A stretch of 63,344 nt of DNA, the filler included, from Chiloscyllium plagiosum (taxonomy: Eukaryota): the NCBI RefSeq assembly GCF_004010195.1. It is 6 parts of one record of this genome, joined end to end, with 100 filler letters (N's around TTAATTAATTAA, not from the genome) between each part and the next. Parts side by side here need not be neighbours in the genome. Positions count along the whole stretch, not along the records: positions 58,261 to 63,344 come from NC_057717.1; 5 more parts are not named here. One strand, given 5' to 3'. The notes below the pieces were generated by a model. The model was given only the letters and a program-made list of their open reading frames with translations, did no database searches and had not been told where the DNA came from. This document shows, in pieces, positions 61,330 through 63,344 of the stretch. How positions within the stretch are numbered: position 1 is the first letter of the stretch; each line of letters opens with the position of its first letter. The position numbers and the translations under genes were made by a program.

Positions 61330-62302
61330 ACGAGAGAAGAAGAAAAGGATAGCCAACTCCCATTCCTAGACGTGATGGTACAGAGAACACCAAACGGAGA
61401 ATTCACTACAAGGGTATACAAGAAAGGCACACACACAGACCAAGTCCTAACCTATGAAAGTAACCACCCCAACACACACAAACGAAGCTGCATCAGGACA
61501 CTATTCAAAAGGGCCACAACACACTGCAGTACACCAGAACTGCAAAAAGAAGAAGAGGAACACCTATACAAGGTATTCGCCAAAAACGGATACCCGCGCA
61601 ACTTCATCAACAGATGCCTAAGAGAAAGACCACAGAAGAGGACATACCACAACCAAAAGGACTAGCCACACTACCATACATCAGGAGCATCTCGGAACTG
61701 ACAGCCTGACTACTGCAACCCCTAGGACTCATAACGGCACACAAACCAACAGCCACGCTCAGACAACAACTCACCAGAACGAAGGACCGGTACCCAACAT
61801 GAGCAAAACGAATGTAGTGTACAAAATACCATGCAAGGACTGCACAAAACACTATATAGGACAAACAGGAAGACAGCTAACAATCCGCATACATGAACAT
61901 CAACTAGCCACGAAACGACACGACCAGCTATCCTTAGTAGCCACACACGCAGACAACAAGCAACATGAATTCGACTGGGACAACACTACTATCATAGGGC
62001 AAGCCAGACAGAGAACAGCCAGGGAATTCCTAGAGGCATGGCATTCATCCACAAACTCCATCAACAAACACATCGACCTGGACCCATTATACCAACCACT
62101 ACAGCGGACAGCTGAAACTGACAACCGGAAGCGGCAGGGACAGACCACTATAAACATCAAAGAAGTGCTTCGCAGGAGGCTCCCAAGCACTGATGATGTC
62201 GCCTAGCCAGGGTACGAAACGTTTGCAACAAAAACTTCCAGCTCGGCGAACAGAACCACAACAACGAGCACCCGAGCTACAAATCTTCGCACAAACTTTG
62301 AA
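61330..62302 (+). mobile_element. 5'-truncated Penelope element: RT C-terminus, GIY-YIG endonuclease and 3' pLTR
   Basis: LPFLDVMV, TRVYKKGTHTDQVL, NGYPRNFI, NVVYKIPCKDCTKHYIGQTGRQLTIRIHEH; flanking AACTTATAACT repeat. Confidence 0.93.
62187..62226 (+). ncRNA. Hammerhead ribozyme motif in the Penelope 3' pLTR (third family)
   Basis: GCA-CUGAUGA-UGUCGCCUAGCCAGGGUAC-GAA-ACGU-U-UGC; helix I GCA/UGC. Confidence 0.65.
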
Positions 62303-63344
62303 AACTTATAACTACTTATAACTCATTTCTCTAAACCTTGTGTTCTACAATACCTTCCCCAACCCCGACCCCATTAACATTTACAAAAAAAAAATCAATT
62401 TACAAACCAGCTTGTTGTCGAATCTTCTCTTTGTATCTTTCTCTGTAGATTTTTTCTCCAGGTCGGGGTTGATGCTTCTTTTGTATGCAATCTATTTCTG
62501 CAGATAGGCACCTCTTGGAGATTTTACTAACATCCTACATTAGTTGGTCTTTTAGCTGCTCTCTTTGCTGTTCTTTGCCGCTCGGGGAACTATTCAAAAT
62601 GTCCGATATTTGTTTCACAAAACGTCGGATCGTTTCATTGGTTTTAACATTGTAAAAATACCACATTCAAACTTGATTGGGTCATAATTGAAACTGATTG
62701 GCCGAATTCGCATTTGTTTTTTGTATCCATGTAACACAGCTCTTAGTTGTTTCGACCTAATGTTATGTTGTTACCTTGTTCCGGACTCCTTGCGCTAGCC
62801 AGACATTTCAGCGCCACTAAAAGTACACACACCCGGTTATGTATATCTTACAATATTAATTGATTCCTCACTGTGTTACTTCAACACACGTTGAGAAGAA
62901 ATAAAAATTAGAACAACAGTGTGTGACTGAGAATTGACCCAATGTTGCTGCAGCCAACCGATTCAGCTGTAAGTAAAATAGCCCACACCTTTCCTGTGCC
63001 AGTAATGAGACTGCATAGCATAGTGGTAAGTTTTAATGAGTTGAATTAGACCCAGCATCATTTCTCAGGACGAACTTTACTGGGATATAAAGACATGATG
63101 AAATAGACGGGGGTTGGAGTGTGGAATATAGTTAGGAAGGATATGGCCAGAGTTCCCTTGATACAAAATCGTTAGAGATGACGGAAATGAGGTTTACTGG
63201 GATATAAAGTCACGAGAAAAGAAAAGAAGGGATTTAATTGGATGGCGGAATAGACGAAGAATCACGCGACAAAAATCAGGAATGACTGATTTGTGTCCTA
63301 ATGGAGCTTTTCCAGCTGATGTGAGGTTGGAAATGATAAATAGG

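Larger units (their letters stand above)
61149..62850. mobile_element. Probable solo LTR (TGTTAC...TTACA) interrupted by a Penelope element
   Basis: TG...CA ends and LTR-like composition; TSD not identified. Confidence 0.4.

Overview
Repeat-dense vertebrate DNA, most likely from a cartilaginous fish (shark). This is inferred from HE1/V-SINE-like SINEs, abundant CR1 and Penelope families, and GPR139-like exons. The window is a fragmented scaffold: five 100-nt spacers containing TTAATTAATTAA, three 500-N gaps and one 730-N gap, so order and orientation across gaps are uncertain. The host-gene content is a cluster of paralogous first coding exons of GPR139/GPR142-like rhodopsin-family GPCRs (two complete, one cut by the window start, one inferred at a contig end). 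They share a promoter cassette and a 42-bp repeat unit, but I see no 7TM second exon. The rest is nested CR1, L1, L2-like and Penelope retroelements, a class I ERV leader plus intact 5' gag, a SCAN/Gmr1-like Gypsy fragment, and multi-kb segmental duplications. Several Penelope termini and short TSD-flanked fold-back derivatives carry minimal hammerhead-ribozyme motifs. One of these has captured 75 bp of nearby genomic DNA.
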